Shown here piece by piece: positions 1 through 11,158 of a stretch of 64,000 bases of DNA (within the stretch, counting starts at the first letter, position 1; every line of letters begins with the position of its first letter). The notes under the pieces are model-generated. The model did no database searches and was not told where the DNA came from. It saw only the letters and a program-made list of their open reading frames with translations. The translations under genes and the position numbers were made by a program. Source of the stretch: Lachnoclostridium sp. UBA7097 (GTDB taxonomy: Bacteria; Bacillota; Clostridia; Lachnospirales; Lachnospiraceae); assembly GCA_002499945.1 (NCBI GenBank), contig DKYP01000100.1, positions 5,384 to 69,383 of the forward strand. The letters are read 5' to 3'.

Positions 1-39
1 TGTAATAAAAATTTAACAGGAATTAAGGAGGTAAAGTTT

Positions 40-393
40 ATGTTGGCTGGAATTAATGGAAGTTACAATTACTACAGAAACAGTTCTGTATTACAGGAAA
101 AGGAAGGAACAGAATCCACACAGGATTTAAAGGAAGAGGACAGCAAAGTAAGAGATAATAAAAATGAATATGGAAGGATGCCTGTTCCGAAGGACCAGTA
201 TATTAAAAACAGCGAAGAAGAAAAAGAGCCTGCCGGGTTATATTATTTAGGAAAAGATGAAAACGGAAAAGGTTATAAATACTTTTCCGTTTTCTGTTAT
301 TCTTTATACTGTTTGTTATATAAAATACTTTTCCATAATTCTTTTTATTACCCCATTTTTGACTTCAAAGAAAAATGGCATTTCAGGCTGTGA
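40..393 (+). CDS. hypothetical small acidic protein (117 codons to first stop)
   Basis: AAGGAGG at 25-31 lies 8 nt upstream of ATG 40. The N-terminal ~80 aa is hydrophilic with no recognisable motif. The last 78 nt overlap the 3' end of the convergent M56 peptidase gene, so the true C-terminus is uncertain. Confidence 0.3.
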   Translation: MLAGINGSYNYYRNSSVLQEKEGTESTQDLKEEDSKVRDNKNEYGRMPVPKDQYIKNSEEEKEPAGLYYLGKDENGKGYKYFSVFCYSLYCLLYKILFHNSFYYPIFDFKEKWHFRL

Positions 394-1788
394 ATTTTTA
401 TAAGTTGCCAGATACTTGCGGAATACTTCTTTATCTTTTGTATATGTAAGTTTTACATTATAAGGGTGTTGGCTATAAGTACCAATAATATTTTTATCAT
501 TTTTAAATTTATCTTCCCAGTCAAGAAACATAAATTCTGTATTTTCATCTATTTTCCAGGCAGCTGTGGTTTTGTCCGGGTTATTAAAATAATATCCAGG
601 AAGAAGGTCATACTCCATATCAAGCCCTAATTCTTTTATACGTTTGGTATCATCATAACTAATATATTCAAGCGGGTCGGTTATAAGTGTATTTTCTGTC
701 ATTCCACGTACAAAGGCACAATCCATTGTATGTATATAATTTCCATCTTCCCATGTCTGCCACCATTCTTCTGGTTTTGTAGTTTCTTCTGGTTCTTTAT
801 TATTTACAATTTTATCTGCTGGTGCATTCTGTTTTTCTTGTAGCGGGTTTCCTCCTGCAAATACAAAAGTTGCTATCAGGACAATTATTGCCATTATAGT
901 TATTGCTATTGTTGGTTTTTTGTATTTAATAATATGTCTAATACGGCTTCCTGTTTCATTTTCACCAAATGCAGCAAATGTTTTTATAAGATTTTTTCTG
1001 CCAGATGCAAGTTTTAACAAGGATATAGAATATTCAGCCCTTATATCCCCGCCAGTTTTTTTCATAACAGCTTCATCACAAGACATTTCCATATCTTTTT
1101 CAGACAGATGGAATGCAAGCCATACAAGCGGGTTAAACCAGTGTATGGCAAGGGCAGCAAATGCCAGGAGTTTAATAATATAATCTTTTCTGCGTATATG
1201 AATCTGTTCATGCAGGATAATATATTCCTGTTCAGAAGCAGAAAGTGAAGAGGGCAGGTAAATCCTTGGGTGCAGTATCCCATATACAAATGGTGAAGTA
1301 ATATAATCAGACAAAAAAACCTGCCTGTTTAACGGGACTGCTGCTAAAAGACGCCTTCTAAGGCAGAAGAGCGGTACAGCATTATGCAAAGTTATAACAA
1401 TAATTCCTGTAAGCCATATTATTGTTCCACAGTATAAAAATATATTGATGGCAGTTTCTGGAACGGTATTTTCTGGCATAATATTATTTTTATTTGTAAT
1501 TTTTATCTGAGGTACAGTTTTTTGTATATTTATTGTATTTTGCGGATGTTTTTTTGTATTTATATTTTTCTCTGCAATTTTATACGGAGTACCTGTAAAT
1601 TGCAGTACGGATATATGTGTAAAGAAAGATACCGGGCATAAAAGCCTGAATAATACAACACTCCATAACATGTAACTGAAAATTTTAGGGGCTTTAAATA
1701 ATATTGCCCTTGCAATAAGTACAGTAAGTATTACAATGCTTCCAGTAAAACTCATTTTTAAAACTGCCTGTAATAATGTGGCATCCAT
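316..1788 (-). CDS. BlaR1/MecR1-family M56 membrane metallopeptidase (signal transducer), with a non-PBP extracellular C-terminal domain
   Basis: 490-aa ORF with N-terminal TM helices and the zinc motif HEQIH in ILHEQIHIRRKDY. It sits 2 nt downstream of a BlaI-type repressor gene. Confidence 0.8.
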   Translation of the reverse strand: MDATLLQAVLKMSFTGSIVILTVLIARAILFKAPKIFSYMLWSVVLFRLLCPVSFFTHISVLQFTGTPYKIAEKNINTKKHPQNTINIQKTVPQIKITNKNNIMPENTVPETAINIFLYCGTIIWLTGIIVITLHNAVPLFCLRRRLLAAVPLNRQVFLSDYITSPFVYGILHPRIYLPSSLSASEQEYIILHEQIHIRRKDYIIKLLAFAALAIHWFNPLVWLAFHLSEKDMEMSCDEAVMKKTGGDIRAEYSISLLKLASGRKNLIKTFAAFGENETGSRIRHIIKYKKPTIAITIMAIIVLIATFVFAGGNPLQEKQNAPADKIVNNKEPEETTKPEEWWQTWEDGNYIHTMDCAFVRGMTENTLITDPLEYISYDDTKRIKELGLDMEYDLLPGYYFNNPDKTTAAWKIDENTEFMFLDWEDKFKNDKNIIGTYSQHPYNVKLTYTKDKEVFRKYLATYKNSQPEMPFFFEVKNGVIKRIMEKYFI

Positions 1789-1790
1789 AA

Positions 1791-2153
1791 TTAATCCCCC
1801 CTGTTCTCTTCAATGATTTTCTGAAGTTCCAGAATTTCCTGTTCTGATAATTTTTTGCGTTTTGTAAATGCTGCCAGGAACTTTGGCAATGAACCTGAAA
1901 ATGTATTTTCTACAAATTCTTCACTCTGGTGTGCGAGATATTCTTCTTTTGATACAAGTGAAGAAACAATACTGTTATTATTCTGGAAAAGCCCGCGTTC
2001 ACATACCCTGCGCAGTATGGTATATGTAGTGGATTTCTTCCAGTTTAATTCTTGTGCACATAATTTTACAAGTTCATTTGAAGGTAAGGGTTCATTGTTC
2101 CAGATAATTTCTGCAAACCTCATTTCAATTTCCCCTAATTTGTATTCTGCCAT
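1791..2153 (-). CDS. BlaI/MecI/CopY-family winged-helix transcriptional repressor
   Basis: 120 aa. The N-terminus (EIEMRFAEIIWNNEPLPSNELVK...WKKSTTYTILRRVCERG) is typical of the family, and it is paired with the M56 peptidase. Confidence 0.85.
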   Translation of the reverse strand: MAEYKLGEIEMRFAEIIWNNEPLPSNELVKLCAQELNWKKSTTYTILRRVCERGLFQNNNSIVSSLVSKEEYLAHQSEEFVENTFSGSLPKFLAAFTKRKKLSEQEILELQKIIEENRGD

Positions 2154-2201
2154 ACAAATCCCCCTTTTTATTTTTGGTTTACTATTAGCCGGCTATATGT
2201 G

Positions 2202-2222
2202 TAGTTTACTATGAGTAAACTA
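2202..2222. promoter_or_regulatory. candidate BlaI-type operator: perfect 9-bp inverted repeat TAGTTTACT-ATG-AGTAAACTA
   Basis: Read directly from the sequence, about 50 nt upstream of the blaI-like start. An additional GTTTACTAT half-site lies at 2177-2185. Confidence 0.45.
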
Positions 2223-2347
2223 AAATGTCAACTGCTATTTTGTAATTAAATTTACTAAAAAATAAATAAAGGAAATAGGGAACAGGCGTCGAATATGTAT
2301 ATTAGACAGGTTTCTGGTTTAATGGTTACTTGAAAGGGGTGTGTTTT

Positions 2348-4132
2348 ATGCCGTGGTATACAGAAGAACAGATTGAGGAAGTAAGGGCTGCCAATGATAT
2401 AGTTAATGTTATTGGCAGCTATGTAAAACTTAAGCGTTCTGGTGGCAGTTATACAGGTTTATGCCCGTTCCACAATGAAAAGACACCTTCTTTTTCAGTA
2501 AACCCGGCAAGGCAGATGTATAAATGCTTTGGATGTGGTGCAGGCGGGAGTGTAATAACATTTGTTATGGAATATGAGAATTATACATTCCCCGAGGCAC
2601 TTGAATCACTTGCAGAAAGGGCAGGGATTACGCTTAAGGCAGAAGAAGCAGACGGGTATCATAAAGAGCAGGAAAGCATAAAAATGAAGCTTCTTGAGAT
2701 AAACAGGAAAGCAGGAAGCTTTTATTATGCAATCCTTAAATCTGCACAGGGAAAGACGGGGTATGATTACCTTAAGTCAAGGGGGCTTTCTGATGAAACT
2801 ATAAGGCACTTCGGGCTTGGCTATGCAGGGCAGGGCAGCATGAATCTGTACAACTTTTTAAAGCATGAAGGATACAGTGATGATATTCTTAAAGAAACAG
2901 GGCTTTTTAAAATAGATGAGCGTGGTGCATATGACAAGTTTTTTAACCGGGTGATATTTCCAATAATGGATGCTAACAGCAGGGTAATAGGTTTTGGCGG
3001 CAGGGTTATGGGTGATGCAAAGCCCAAATACCTTAATTCACCAGAAACAAAGCTGTTTGACAAAAGCAGGAATCTTTTTGGACTTAATTATGCAAAGCTT
3101 GGCAAGAATAAGAATATGGTACTCTGTGAGGGGTATATGGATGTAATAGCGTTGCACCAGGCAGGGTTTACCAATGCAGTTGCATCACTTGGCACTGCAT
3201 TTACAATACAGCAGGCAGGCATTATAAAAAGATATACAGATGAAGTGCTTCTTACATATGATAGTGACCAGGCAGGACAGAAAGCCGCATTACGTGCAAT
3301 ACCAATTCTCCGGCAGGCAGGCATTAATGCACGTATTATCCATATGGAGCCTTACAAAGACCCTGATGAATTTATAAAAGGGCTTGGGGCAGATGAGTTT
3401 AAAAACAGGATGGATAATGCGGAAAACAGCTTCTTTTTTGAAACAGGGATAGCAAGGAAAGAATATGATGTATCAGACCCAGAACAGAATACAAAGTTTT
3501 ACCATGCTGTAGCTAAAATACTTCTGGAATTTGAGGACAAGGTACAGCGTGAAAACTACCTGGAGGCGGCAGCAGCAAAGTATTCACTGCGGCGTGATGA
3601 TTTAAAAAGCCTTGTAGTGCGTTATGGGACAAGCATGGCAGCAAATACAGGCATTGCCAGGATACAGGAGGATACCAGGGCAAAAGCAAAGAACAGGAAA
3701 GAGAACCAGGGTATAAGTTATTCGTATAAACTTCTGCTTTCATTAATAATAGAAAGGCCAGGTTTATATAAACAGATAAAAGACATTGTACAGGTAAAAG
3801 ACTATTTTGGCGAGCCTTACAGCGAGGTGGCACAGATGCTTTACAGGCAGCTTGATGCAGGTGAAGTAGTGCCGGCAAGGATTATAAACCATTTTAGTGA
3901 AGCAGATGTACAGAATACAGTAGCAGATATGTTCCAGACAGGCTTTGCTGCAGAACTTGGGGATGAGGAACTTGAAAAAGCACTTAATGAACTGGTAGTG
4001 CGCATTAAAGAGTACAGCATAGATAAACGTACAAGGGAGCTTACAGACATGAATGAATTAAAAGGCCTTATACAAGAGAAGAAAGCTCTGCAAACACCAG
4101 CAAAATTGCATATTTATCTGAAAGATGGTTAA
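2348..4132 (+). CDS. dnaG: DNA primase DnaG
   Basis: Zinc-ribbon CPFHNEKTPSF...CFGCGAGG, a Toprim region (EGYMDVIAL, DSDQAG), and position upstream of rpoD. ATG 2348 (MPWYTEEQ) is preferred over the track start at 2330. Confidence 0.95.
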   Translation: MPWYTEEQIEEVRAANDIVNVIGSYVKLKRSGGSYTGLCPFHNEKTPSFSVNPARQMYKCFGCGAGGSVITFVMEYENYTFPEALESLAERAGITLKAEEADGYHKEQESIKMKLLEINRKAGSFYYAILKSAQGKTGYDYLKSRGLSDETIRHFGLGYAGQGSMNLYNFLKHEGYSDDILKETGLFKIDERGAYDKFFNRVIFPIMDANSRVIGFGGRVMGDAKPKYLNSPETKLFDKSRNLFGLNYAKLGKNKNMVLCEGYMDVIALHQAGFTNAVASLGTAFTIQQAGIIKRYTDEVLLTYDSDQAGQKAALRAIPILRQAGINARIIHMEPYKDPDEFIKGLGADEFKNRMDNAENSFFFETGIARKEYDVSDPEQNTKFYHAVAKILLEFEDKVQRENYLEAAAAKYSLRRDDLKSLVVRYGTSMAANTGIARIQEDTRAKAKNRKENQGISYSYKLLLSLIIERPGLYKQIKDIVQVKDYFGEPYSEVAQMLYRQLDAGEVVPARIINHFSEADVQNTVADMFQTGFAAELGDEELEKALNELVVRIKEYSIDKRTRELTDMNELKGLIQEKKALQTPAKLHIYLKDG

Positions 4133-4166
4133 AGTATAGCGTAAGGATAAGAAAGGAAGGAATACT

Positions 4167-5432
4167 ATGGCAACAGGAAGAGAACCAGCAAAAGATATTA
4201 AAAAAGCAAATAATACAACTGAAAAGGCTGCTGCTGGAAATAAAAGAAGAGTACAAAGCAGAAGCCAGAAACCTGCAAAGGCTTCTTCAAAGAAAAATCC
4301 AGAAGCGGCTGAGGAGGAGAAGAAAAAATTCCAGAGGAAGCTTATAGCACTTAAAGAACTTGCAAAAAGCAAAAGGAATGTGCTTGAACTTGCAGAGATA
4401 AATAATTTCCTTGCAGATGTGGAATTAGATGAGGAAAAAACAGAGAAAGTAATAGAGTTTCTTGAAGCAAGCGGGGTAGACGTATTAAGGATACCTGATG
4501 ATAAAGATACAGATGACGATATGATACTTGAGCTTGAAGCAAGTGGTGAAGTCCCTGATGAAGAAGAAATAGAAAATATTGATTTGTCGGTTCCTGATGG
4601 TGTAAGTATAGAAGACCCTGTGCGTATGTATTTAAAAGAAATAGGAAAAGTCCCGCTGCTTTCCGCAGAAGAAGAGGTTGAGCTTGCCAAGAAAATGGAA
4701 ACAGGCGATATGGAAGCTAAGAAAAAGCTTGCAGAAGCAAACCTCCGCCTTGTTGTAAGCATTGCCAAAAGATATGTAGGGCGCGGCATGTTATTTCTTG
4801 ACCTTATACAAGAAGGAAACTTAGGGCTTATTAAGGCAGTAGAAAAATTTGATTATAAAAAAGGCTATAAATTCAGCACATATGCTACATGGTGGATAAG
4901 GCAGGCAATTACAAGGGCTATTGCGGACCAGGCAAGGACTATACGTATACCAGTCCATATGGTTGAAACCATTAATAAATTTGTAAGGGTACAAAGGCAG
5001 CTTTTACAGGAGCTCGGACGTGAGCCATATCCGGAAGAAATAGCAAAATATATGAGCATGCCTGTTGACAGGGTGCGTGAAATACAGAAAATTTCCTTAG
5101 AACCGGTTTCCCTTGAAACGCCTATAGGTGAGGAAGAGGACAGCCATCTTGGCGACTTTATACAGGATGACAATGTGCCAGTACCGGCAGAAGCTGCAGC
5201 ATTTACACTTTTAAGGGAGCAGCTTGAAGAAGTGCTTGGCACACTTACAGAGAGGGAACAGAAAGTATTAAAACTGCGTTTCGGGCTTGAGGACGGGCGT
5301 GCAAGGACACTTGAAGAAGTCGGCAAGGAATTTAAAGTAACACGTGAGCGCATCCGCCAGATAGAAGCCAAAGCACTGCGGAAGTTAAGGCATCCAAGCC
5401 GCAGCCGCAAGCTTAAGGACTATCTTGAGTAG
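4167..5432 (+). CDS. rpoD: primary RNA polymerase sigma factor (sigma-70/SigA)
   Basis: Contains the conserved [31 protein letters not shown] and a region 4 ([30 protein letters not shown]), with an acidic or lysine-rich N-terminal extension. Confidence 0.95.
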   Translation: MATGREPAKDIKKANNTTEKAAAGNKRRVQSRSQKPAKASSKKNPEAAEEEKKKFQRKLIALKELAKSKRNVLELAEINNFLADVELDEEKTEKVIEFLEASGVDVLRIPDDKDTDDDMILELEASGEVPDEEEIENIDLSVPDGVSIEDPVRMYLKEIGKVPLLSAEEEVELAKKMETGDMEAKKKLAEANLRLVVSIAKRYVGRGMLFLDLIQEGNLGLIKAVEKFDYKKGYKFSTYATWWIRQAITRAIADQARTIRIPVHMVETINKFVRVQRQLLQELGREPYPEEIAKYMSMPVDRVREIQKISLEPVSLETPIGEEEDSHLGDFIQDDNVPVPAEAAAFTLLREQLEEVLGTLTEREQKVLKLRFGLEDGRARTLEEVGKEFKVTRERIRQIEAKALRKLRHPSRSRKLKDYLE

Positions 5433-6111
5433 TATAAAACTTTCAAAAAGGCTTGAATGTATTGTTTCCAATGTAAAATCTGGCGGGATAGTAGCAGACA
5501 TTGGGTGTGACCATGCATTTACATCTATATGCCTTGTAGAAAGAAAGCTTGCAAAAGGCGCTATTGCAATGGATATAAATAAAGGACCTTTAAAAAGGGC
5601 AAAGAAGCATATAACACAAGCCGGCATGGAAGAATATATTTTAACAAGGCTTTCTGATGGTGCAGAAGAACTAAAAGAAGGCGAAGCAGATACAATCCTT
5701 ATAAGCGGGCTTGGTGGTGCATTAATTACAGACATACTTGCAAAAAGCATTAATACAATAAAAACATCAGAAGAACTTGTACTTTCTCCACAGTCGGAAA
5801 TATATCTTGTACGGCATTTCCTGCATAATAACGGATTTAAAATTGTGCATGAGGACATGGTAAAAGAACAGGGGAAATTTTATGTAATTATAAGGGCAGT
5901 ACAAGGGGAAGAACATTATAAAGAAGAAGCAGGCTATATATATGGTGAATATCTGATAAACCATAAAAACCAAATTTTAAAAGAATTTCTTATTAAAGAA
6001 CAGAAACGCATAAAAACTATACTGGACAGTTTAAATGCACAGGAAAAAAGGAAAGGCACACTTTTAGAAGAGTACAATATGATAAAAGGTATTCTTTATA
6101 AAATAAGCTAA
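5425..6111 (+). CDS. trmK: tRNA (adenine22-N1)-methyltransferase TrmK-like SAM methyltransferase
   Basis: N-terminus [27 protein letters not shown]. It overlaps the rpoD stop by 8 nt, the classic dnaG-rpoD-trmK arrangement. Confidence 0.75.
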   Translation: MSSIKLSKRLECIVSNVKSGGIVADIGCDHAFTSICLVERKLAKGAIAMDINKGPLKRAKKHITQAGMEEYILTRLSDGAEELKEGEADTILISGLGGALITDILAKSINTIKTSEELVLSPQSEIYLVRHFLHNNGFKIVHEDMVKEQGKFYVIIRAVQGEEHYKEEAGYIYGEYLINHKNQILKEFLIKEQKRIKTILDSLNAQEKRKGTLLEEYNMIKGILYKIS

Positions 6112-6131
6112 TTATTTAGTGAGGTAAAATA

Positions 6132-7781
6132 ATGGTAAAAATTAAAATAAATGGTGTGGCAAAAGAATATAACGACGATATTACATATGGGGAACTTGCA
6201 GCGGAATATAAAGATATATGTGACTATGATATAATACTTGCAAGATGCGGCGGCAAACTTATGGAGCTTAACAAACGTGTAAGCCAGGACTGTGAAGTGG
6301 TATTTCTTGATACATCATATGACAGCGGGCATAAAACATATGTAAGGGGTGTAACACTCCTTATGCTTAAGGCGTTTTATGATATAGCAGGGGAAAGCCT
6401 TAAAAATATATTTGTAAAGCATGCCATAGGCGACAGCATTTATTGTGAAGCAGAAGGAATAGGACTTACAGAAGAATTTATTAATAAAGTGCAGGAAAGG
6501 ATGCACTATATTGTAGAAAAAGATTTACCAATAGGAAAGCGTTCCATTGATACAGAAGATGCAATAAGCATTTTTGAAGATTACGGAATGCATGATAAAA
6601 AAGAACTTTTTGAATTCAGGCGTGTATCAAAAGTAAATGTATACACATTAGATGGATTTGAGGATTATTATTATGGATATATGCCAGCCTCCACAGGCAT
6701 ACTTAAATATTTTAGTTTACAGCTTTATGACAAAGGCTTTGTTATAAATATGCCAAACAGGAAAACACCAGATGTCCTTAATGGATTTGAACCAAGGCCA
6801 AAACTTTTCCATACATTACAGGAATCAAGCAGATGGGCAAAAGTGGCTGGCGCTGATACTGTAGGTGCATTAAACAAGGTTATATCACAGGGCGGCATAA
6901 CTGACCTGATACTTGTACAGGAAGCATTACAGGAGAAAAAAATAGCTAAAATAGCAGAAACAATAGCATCAGACAGAAGCAAAAAATTTGTAATGATAGC
7001 AGGACCTTCCTCATCAGGAAAAACATCATTTTCACACAGGTTATCAGTGCAGTTACAGACATTTGGGATAAGACCAAGATTAATATCACTGGATAATTAT
7101 TTTAAAGACAGGAAAGATACGCCAAAAGATGAAAATGGCAATTATGACTTTGAATGTCTTGGGGCGATAGATATAGAACTCTTTAATAAAGATATGGTAA
7201 CAATGCTTAACGGGGGGATTGCAGAACTGCCAGAATTTAATTTCCTGAAAGGGGAACGTGAATATAAAGGAAATTTTATGAAACTTGGCAAAGATGATAT
7301 ATTTGTAATAGAGGGCATACACGGGTTAAATGACCAGCTATCATACTCCCTGCCAAAAGAAAGCAAATTTAAAATATATATAAGTGCACTTGCACAATTA
7401 AATATTGATGAACATAACAGGATTTCAACTACAGATGGCAGGTTTATAAGAAGAATGGTAAGGGATGCACGCACAAGGGGGACAGAAGCCGCCAGGACAA
7501 TAGCTATGTGGCCTTCTGTAAGAAGAGGTGAGGACAGGTATATATTCCCGTTCCAGGAAGAAGCAGATGTAATGTTTAATTCATCAATGATATATGAACT
7601 GGCAGTTTTAAAACCATATGCAGAAAGCCTTTTATTTGGAATACCAAAAGATGTGCCAGAATATATAGAGGCAAAAAGGTTCTTGAAATTCCTTGATTAT
7701 TTTATAGGTATAAACAGCGGGGATATACCAAAAAATTCACTGCTAAGGGAATTTGTAGGAGGAAGCATATTTAATGTATAG
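6132..7781 (+). CDS. uridine/nucleoside kinase-family P-loop protein with an N-terminal TGS-like domain
   Basis: 549 aa with P-loop [10 protein letters not shown] and a PRK/Udk-like VIEGIHGLN. The architecture is common in Clostridia. Confidence 0.7.
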   Translation: MVKIKINGVAKEYNDDITYGELAAEYKDICDYDIILARCGGKLMELNKRVSQDCEVVFLDTSYDSGHKTYVRGVTLLMLKAFYDIAGESLKNIFVKHAIGDSIYCEAEGIGLTEEFINKVQERMHYIVEKDLPIGKRSIDTEDAISIFEDYGMHDKKELFEFRRVSKVNVYTLDGFEDYYYGYMPASTGILKYFSLQLYDKGFVINMPNRKTPDVLNGFEPRPKLFHTLQESSRWAKVAGADTVGALNKVISQGGITDLILVQEALQEKKIAKIAETIASDRSKKFVMIAGPSSSGKTSFSHRLSVQLQTFGIRPRLISLDNYFKDRKDTPKDENGNYDFECLGAIDIELFNKDMVTMLNGGIAELPEFNFLKGEREYKGNFMKLGKDDIFVIEGIHGLNDQLSYSLPKESKFKIYISALAQLNIDEHNRISTTDGRFIRRMVRDARTRGTEAARTIAMWPSVRRGEDRYIFPFQEEADVMFNSSMIYELAVLKPYAESLLFGIPKDVPEYIEAKRFLKFLDYFIGINSGDIPKNSLLREFVGGSIFNV

Positions 7782-7872
7782 GGGCTGGCAATTACATGGA
7801 ATACTTTGGAATTGCCAGAGTCATCTGGAATTTAATCACGTAATGTACCAAGTTTATAGAAGGAGGCATTTT

Positions 7873-8724
7873 ATGGCAATTATTATAGATGGAAAGAAAG
7901 TTTCGCAGGAAATAAAGGACGAAGTGAAGAAAAGGGTGTCTGCCCTAAGGGAGAAAGGCAGGGAAGTAACCCTTGCTGTTATACAGGTTGGCAATGACCC
8001 TGCTTCTACAGTTTATGTTGGCAATAAGAAGAAAGCATGTGAATACACTGGCATACGTTCACTTGCATATGAAATACCAGAGGAAACTACTGAGAAGGAG
8101 TTGCTTGAACTTGTATATTCACTTAATGACAGGGAGGATGTAGACGGAATCCTTGTACAGCTTCCGCTTCCTGCACATATTAATGAGGACAAGGTTATAC
8201 AGGCAATCAGCCCGGATAAAGATGTAGATGGTTTCCATCCACAGAGTGTGGGGGCATTAAGCATAGGGCAGCCTGGTTTTGTATCATGTACACCAGCAGG
8301 CATTATAGAACTTTTAAAGCGTTATAATATACAGATAGATGGCAAAGAATGTGTTGTTATAGGCAGGAGTAATATTGTAGGAAAGCCTGTTTCAATGCTT
8401 CTGCTGCGTGAAAATGGGACTGTTACGGTGTGCCATTCACATACGGCGGATTTAAAGGAAGTAACAAAAAGGGCGGATATACTGGTTGTGGCAATAGGAA
8501 AAGCAAAGTTTATTACAGCAGATTATATTAAAGAAGGCGCAGCTGTTATTGATGTAGGCATGGACAGGGATGAGAACGGAAAACTCTGTGGTGATGTTGA
8601 TTTTGACAGTGCTGTGGAAAAGGCGGGTGCAATTACTCCTGTACCTGGCGGTGCAGGTCCTATGACAATAGCAATGCTTATGAATAATTGTGTATATTCT
8701 GCTGAACTGAAATTGCAGAAATAA
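7873..8724 (+). CDS. folD: bifunctional methylenetetrahydrofolate dehydrogenase/cyclohydrolase
   Basis: [15 protein letters not shown]..., [31 protein letters not shown] at 7861-7866 precedes ATG 7873. The track's upstream extension (7774) has no homology-like content. Confidence 0.95.
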   Translation: MAIIIDGKKVSQEIKDEVKKRVSALREKGREVTLAVIQVGNDPASTVYVGNKKKACEYTGIRSLAYEIPEETTEKELLELVYSLNDREDVDGILVQLPLPAHINEDKVIQAISPDKDVDGFHPQSVGALSIGQPGFVSCTPAGIIELLKRYNIQIDGKECVVIGRSNIVGKPVSMLLLRENGTVTVCHSHTADLKEVTKRADILVVAIGKAKFITADYIKEGAAVIDVGMDRDENGKLCGDVDFDSAVEKAGAITPVPGGAGPMTIAMLMNNCVYSAELKLQK

Positions 8725-8757
8725 TATAGTAATAGTTTAGAAAGGCTGGTTATCAGC

Positions 8758-10098
8758 GTGGATATTTGTTTTATTTCACTTGGATGTGATAAAAACCTGG
8801 TTGACAGTGAAATGATGGTAACATCTTTAAGGAAATCAGGATATAATATAGTGTATAATGCAGAGGAAGCAGATGTTATTGTTGTAAATACATGCTGTTT
8901 TATTGGTGATGCAAAAGAAGAAAGTATAAATACACTTATTGAAATGGCAGGATACAAGGAAAATGGGAAGTGCAGGCTGCTTGCTGCCACAGGCTGCCTT
9001 GCGCAGCGTTACCATGAGGAGATTAAAAAGGAACTGCCAGAGGTTGATATAATTATTGGCACAATGGCGTATGAAAACCTTGTGGAGAGTATACAAAGTG
9101 CATTAGATAAAAATAATACAGGAAGTGCTGTTGTAGAAAGCCTTAGAAGTATTGATTATCTGCCAGAACCGCTTACAGACAGGGAGGCTATGGCTGGCGG
9201 GGGATATGCCTATCTTAAAATTGCTGAAGGCTGTGATAAGTGCTGTACTTATTGTATTATTCCAAAAGTAAGGGGCAGGTACAGAAGCGTGCCTATGGAA
9301 AATCTTATAAAGCAGGCAGTACATCTTGTGGAAAATGGAATAAAAGAAATTATCCTTGTAGCACAGGAAACTACACTTTATGGCAAAGATATTTATGGGA
9401 AGAAAAGCCTTCCAGAACTTCTTTATAAGCTTTCAGAAATAGAGGGGCTTAAGTGGATAAGGATTTTATATTGTTATCCAGAGGAAATAACGGATGGCCT
9501 TATAGATGCAATAAAAGAGCTTCCAAAGGTGTGCCATTATCTTGACATACCAGTGCAGCATGGCGCAGACAGCATTTTAAAGCGTATGGGAAGGCACACA
9601 GACAGGGCACAGCTTGAAGGGATACTGGAAAAATTACGTAAAGATATCCCGGATATAGTTTTGCGTACAACATTAATAACAGGTTTTCCTGGGGAAACAG
9701 AAGATGATTTTAATAGCTTAAAAGAGTTTGTAAGGAAGGCAAGGTTTGACAGGCTTGGTGTATTTACATATTCACAAGAGGAAGATACACCTGCTGCAGA
9801 TATGCCAGGGCAGGTTCCAGAGGATATAAAAGAAGCAAGGCGTAATGAAATAATGGAAATACAGCAGGAGATTGCATTTGAAAAAAGCCAGTCGCTGGCT
9901 GGCATGGAATTTGATGTAATAGTTGAAGGATATCTTCCAGAAGATGAAGTTTATATATGCAGGACATATATGGATGCACCGGATGTGGATGGATATGTTT
10001 TTGTAACATCGGACTGGAATCTTATGTCAGGGGATTTTATAAAAGTAGAAATTACAGGTTCAGACGGATATGACCTGGTGGGTGATGTTGTAAATTGA
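8758..10098 (+). CDS. rimO: ribosomal protein S12 methylthiotransferase RimO (radical SAM)
   Basis: SLGCDKN N-terminus, radical-SAM CDKCCTYC, and a C-terminal TRAM-like domain. The start codon is GTG. Confidence 0.85.
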   Translation: MDICFISLGCDKNLVDSEMMVTSLRKSGYNIVYNAEEADVIVVNTCCFIGDAKEESINTLIEMAGYKENGKCRLLAATGCLAQRYHEEIKKELPEVDIIIGTMAYENLVESIQSALDKNNTGSAVVESLRSIDYLPEPLTDREAMAGGGYAYLKIAEGCDKCCTYCIIPKVRGRYRSVPMENLIKQAVHLVENGIKEIILVAQETTLYGKDIYGKKSLPELLYKLSEIEGLKWIRILYCYPEEITDGLIDAIKELPKVCHYLDIPVQHGADSILKRMGRHTDRAQLEGILEKLRKDIPDIVLRTTLITGFPGETEDDFNSLKEFVRKARFDRLGVFTYSQEEDTPAADMPGQVPEDIKEARRNEIMEIQQEIAFEKSQSLAGMEFDVIVEGYLPEDEVYICRTYMDAPDVDGYVFVTSDWNLMSGDFIKVEITGSDGYDLVGDVVN

Positions 10099-10113
10099 AA
10101 AGGGGGATTTTTT

Positions 10114-10662
10114 ATGAATTTACCTAATAAAATTACAATGCTTCGTGTAATTATGATACCTTTTTTTGTGTTTTTTATGCTTACAGATGTTGTAAAGTAT
10201 TCAAATTACATAGCTGCCCTTATATTTATACTGGCAAGCCTTACTGATACATTAGATGGCTATATAGCACGTAAATATAACCTTGTATCAAATTTTGGCA
10301 AATTTATGGACCCACTTGCAGATAAGCTTTTAGTAAGTGCTGCCCTTATATGCTTTGTTTCAATACCAGGAAACCCTATGCCTGTATGGGGAGTTATAAT
10401 TATAATTAGCAGGGAGTTTATAATAAGCGGCTTCAGGCTTGTGGCATCAGATGCAGGCGTAGTCCTTGCAGCAAGCTGGTGGGGCAAGATTAAAACAGTG
10501 ACACAGATGGTTATGTCAGTGCTTTTAATATTAGATTTTGATGGTGCATTTATAAATATTACAGAACTTGTATTTATTTATGCAGCTATAATTTTAACAG
10601 TAGTATCACTTGCAGATTACCTTGTTAAAAACTGGCGGATAATGCAGGATGGTAATATGTAA
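10114..10662 (+). CDS. pgsA: CDP-diacylglycerol--glycerol-3-phosphate 3-phosphatidyltransferase
   Basis: NKITMLRV..., the CDP-alcohol motif DTLDGYIARK...GKFMDPLADK, and multiple TM segments. Confidence 0.9.
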   Translation: MNLPNKITMLRVIMIPFFVFFMLTDVVKYSNYIAALIFILASLTDTLDGYIARKYNLVSNFGKFMDPLADKLLVSAALICFVSIPGNPMPVWGVIIIISREFIISGFRLVASDAGVVLAASWWGKIKTVTQMVMSVLLILDFDGAFINITELVFIYAAIILTVVSLADYLVKNWRIMQDGNM

Positions 10663-10687
10663 GATAACGGGAAAGGGGGGGCAGGTT

Positions 10688-11158
10688 ATGGAAATTGCAG
10701 AGGAAGTTGTAAAGCTTCTTAAAGAACAAAAAATCCATATTTCAACGGCAGAATCTTTAACAGGCGGAATGCTTGCATCGTGTATTGTTGATGTGCCAGG
10801 TGCTTCGGAGGTATTTGAGGAGGGTTATATAACGTATTCAGATGCAGTAAAACATAAGGTGCTTGGTGTAAATGGAGATGACCTTAAGAAATATACAGCT
10901 GTAAGTTCTGTTGTAGCAAAGCAGATGGCAGAGGGGGCAGCAAGGGTGTCAGGCTCAGAAATAGCAGTAGCAACAACTGGTTATGCGGGGCCGGATGCGG
11001 CAGAGGATGGCACACCGGCAGGGACGGTATATATATGTGTATATTATAAAGGGATGGCTGATGCCAGGAAATATAATTTTGATGGCAGCAGGAATAATGT
11101 GCGCCAGCGTACAGTGGAAGAAGCAGTAAAACTTGTGCATGGTTTAATTGGAGGATGA
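10688..11158 (+). CDS. CinA C-terminal domain protein (nicotinamide-nucleotide amidohydrolase PncC-like)
   Basis: ISTAESLTGGMLAS, TTGYAGP. A GGGGGG-rich RBS lies upstream of ATG 10688. Confidence 0.8.
   Translation: MEIAEEVVKLLKEQKIHISTAESLTGGMLASCIVDVPGASEVFEEGYITYSDAVKHKVLGVNGDDLKKYTAVSSVVAKQMAEGAARVSGSEIAVATTGYAGPDAAEDGTPAGTVYICVYYKGMADARKYNFDGSRNNVRQRTVEEAVKLVHGLIGG

Noticed and set aside
4058-4789. 243-aa Ser-rich minus-strand ORF.
   Set aside because: It is entirely antisense to rpoD and has a low-complexity, Ser/Phe-rich composition typical of a shadow ORF opposite a Glu/Lys-rich gene. It has no RBS.
7774-7872. Upstream extensions of track ORFs. The main example is folD from 7774; others are cinA from 10649, ispH from 13150, cheR from 15164, mraZ from 35795 and miaB from 51328.
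   Set aside because: In each case an internal start with a proper RBS reproduces the canonical N-terminus. The extensions overlap upstream genes, terminators or the pseudogene fragment.
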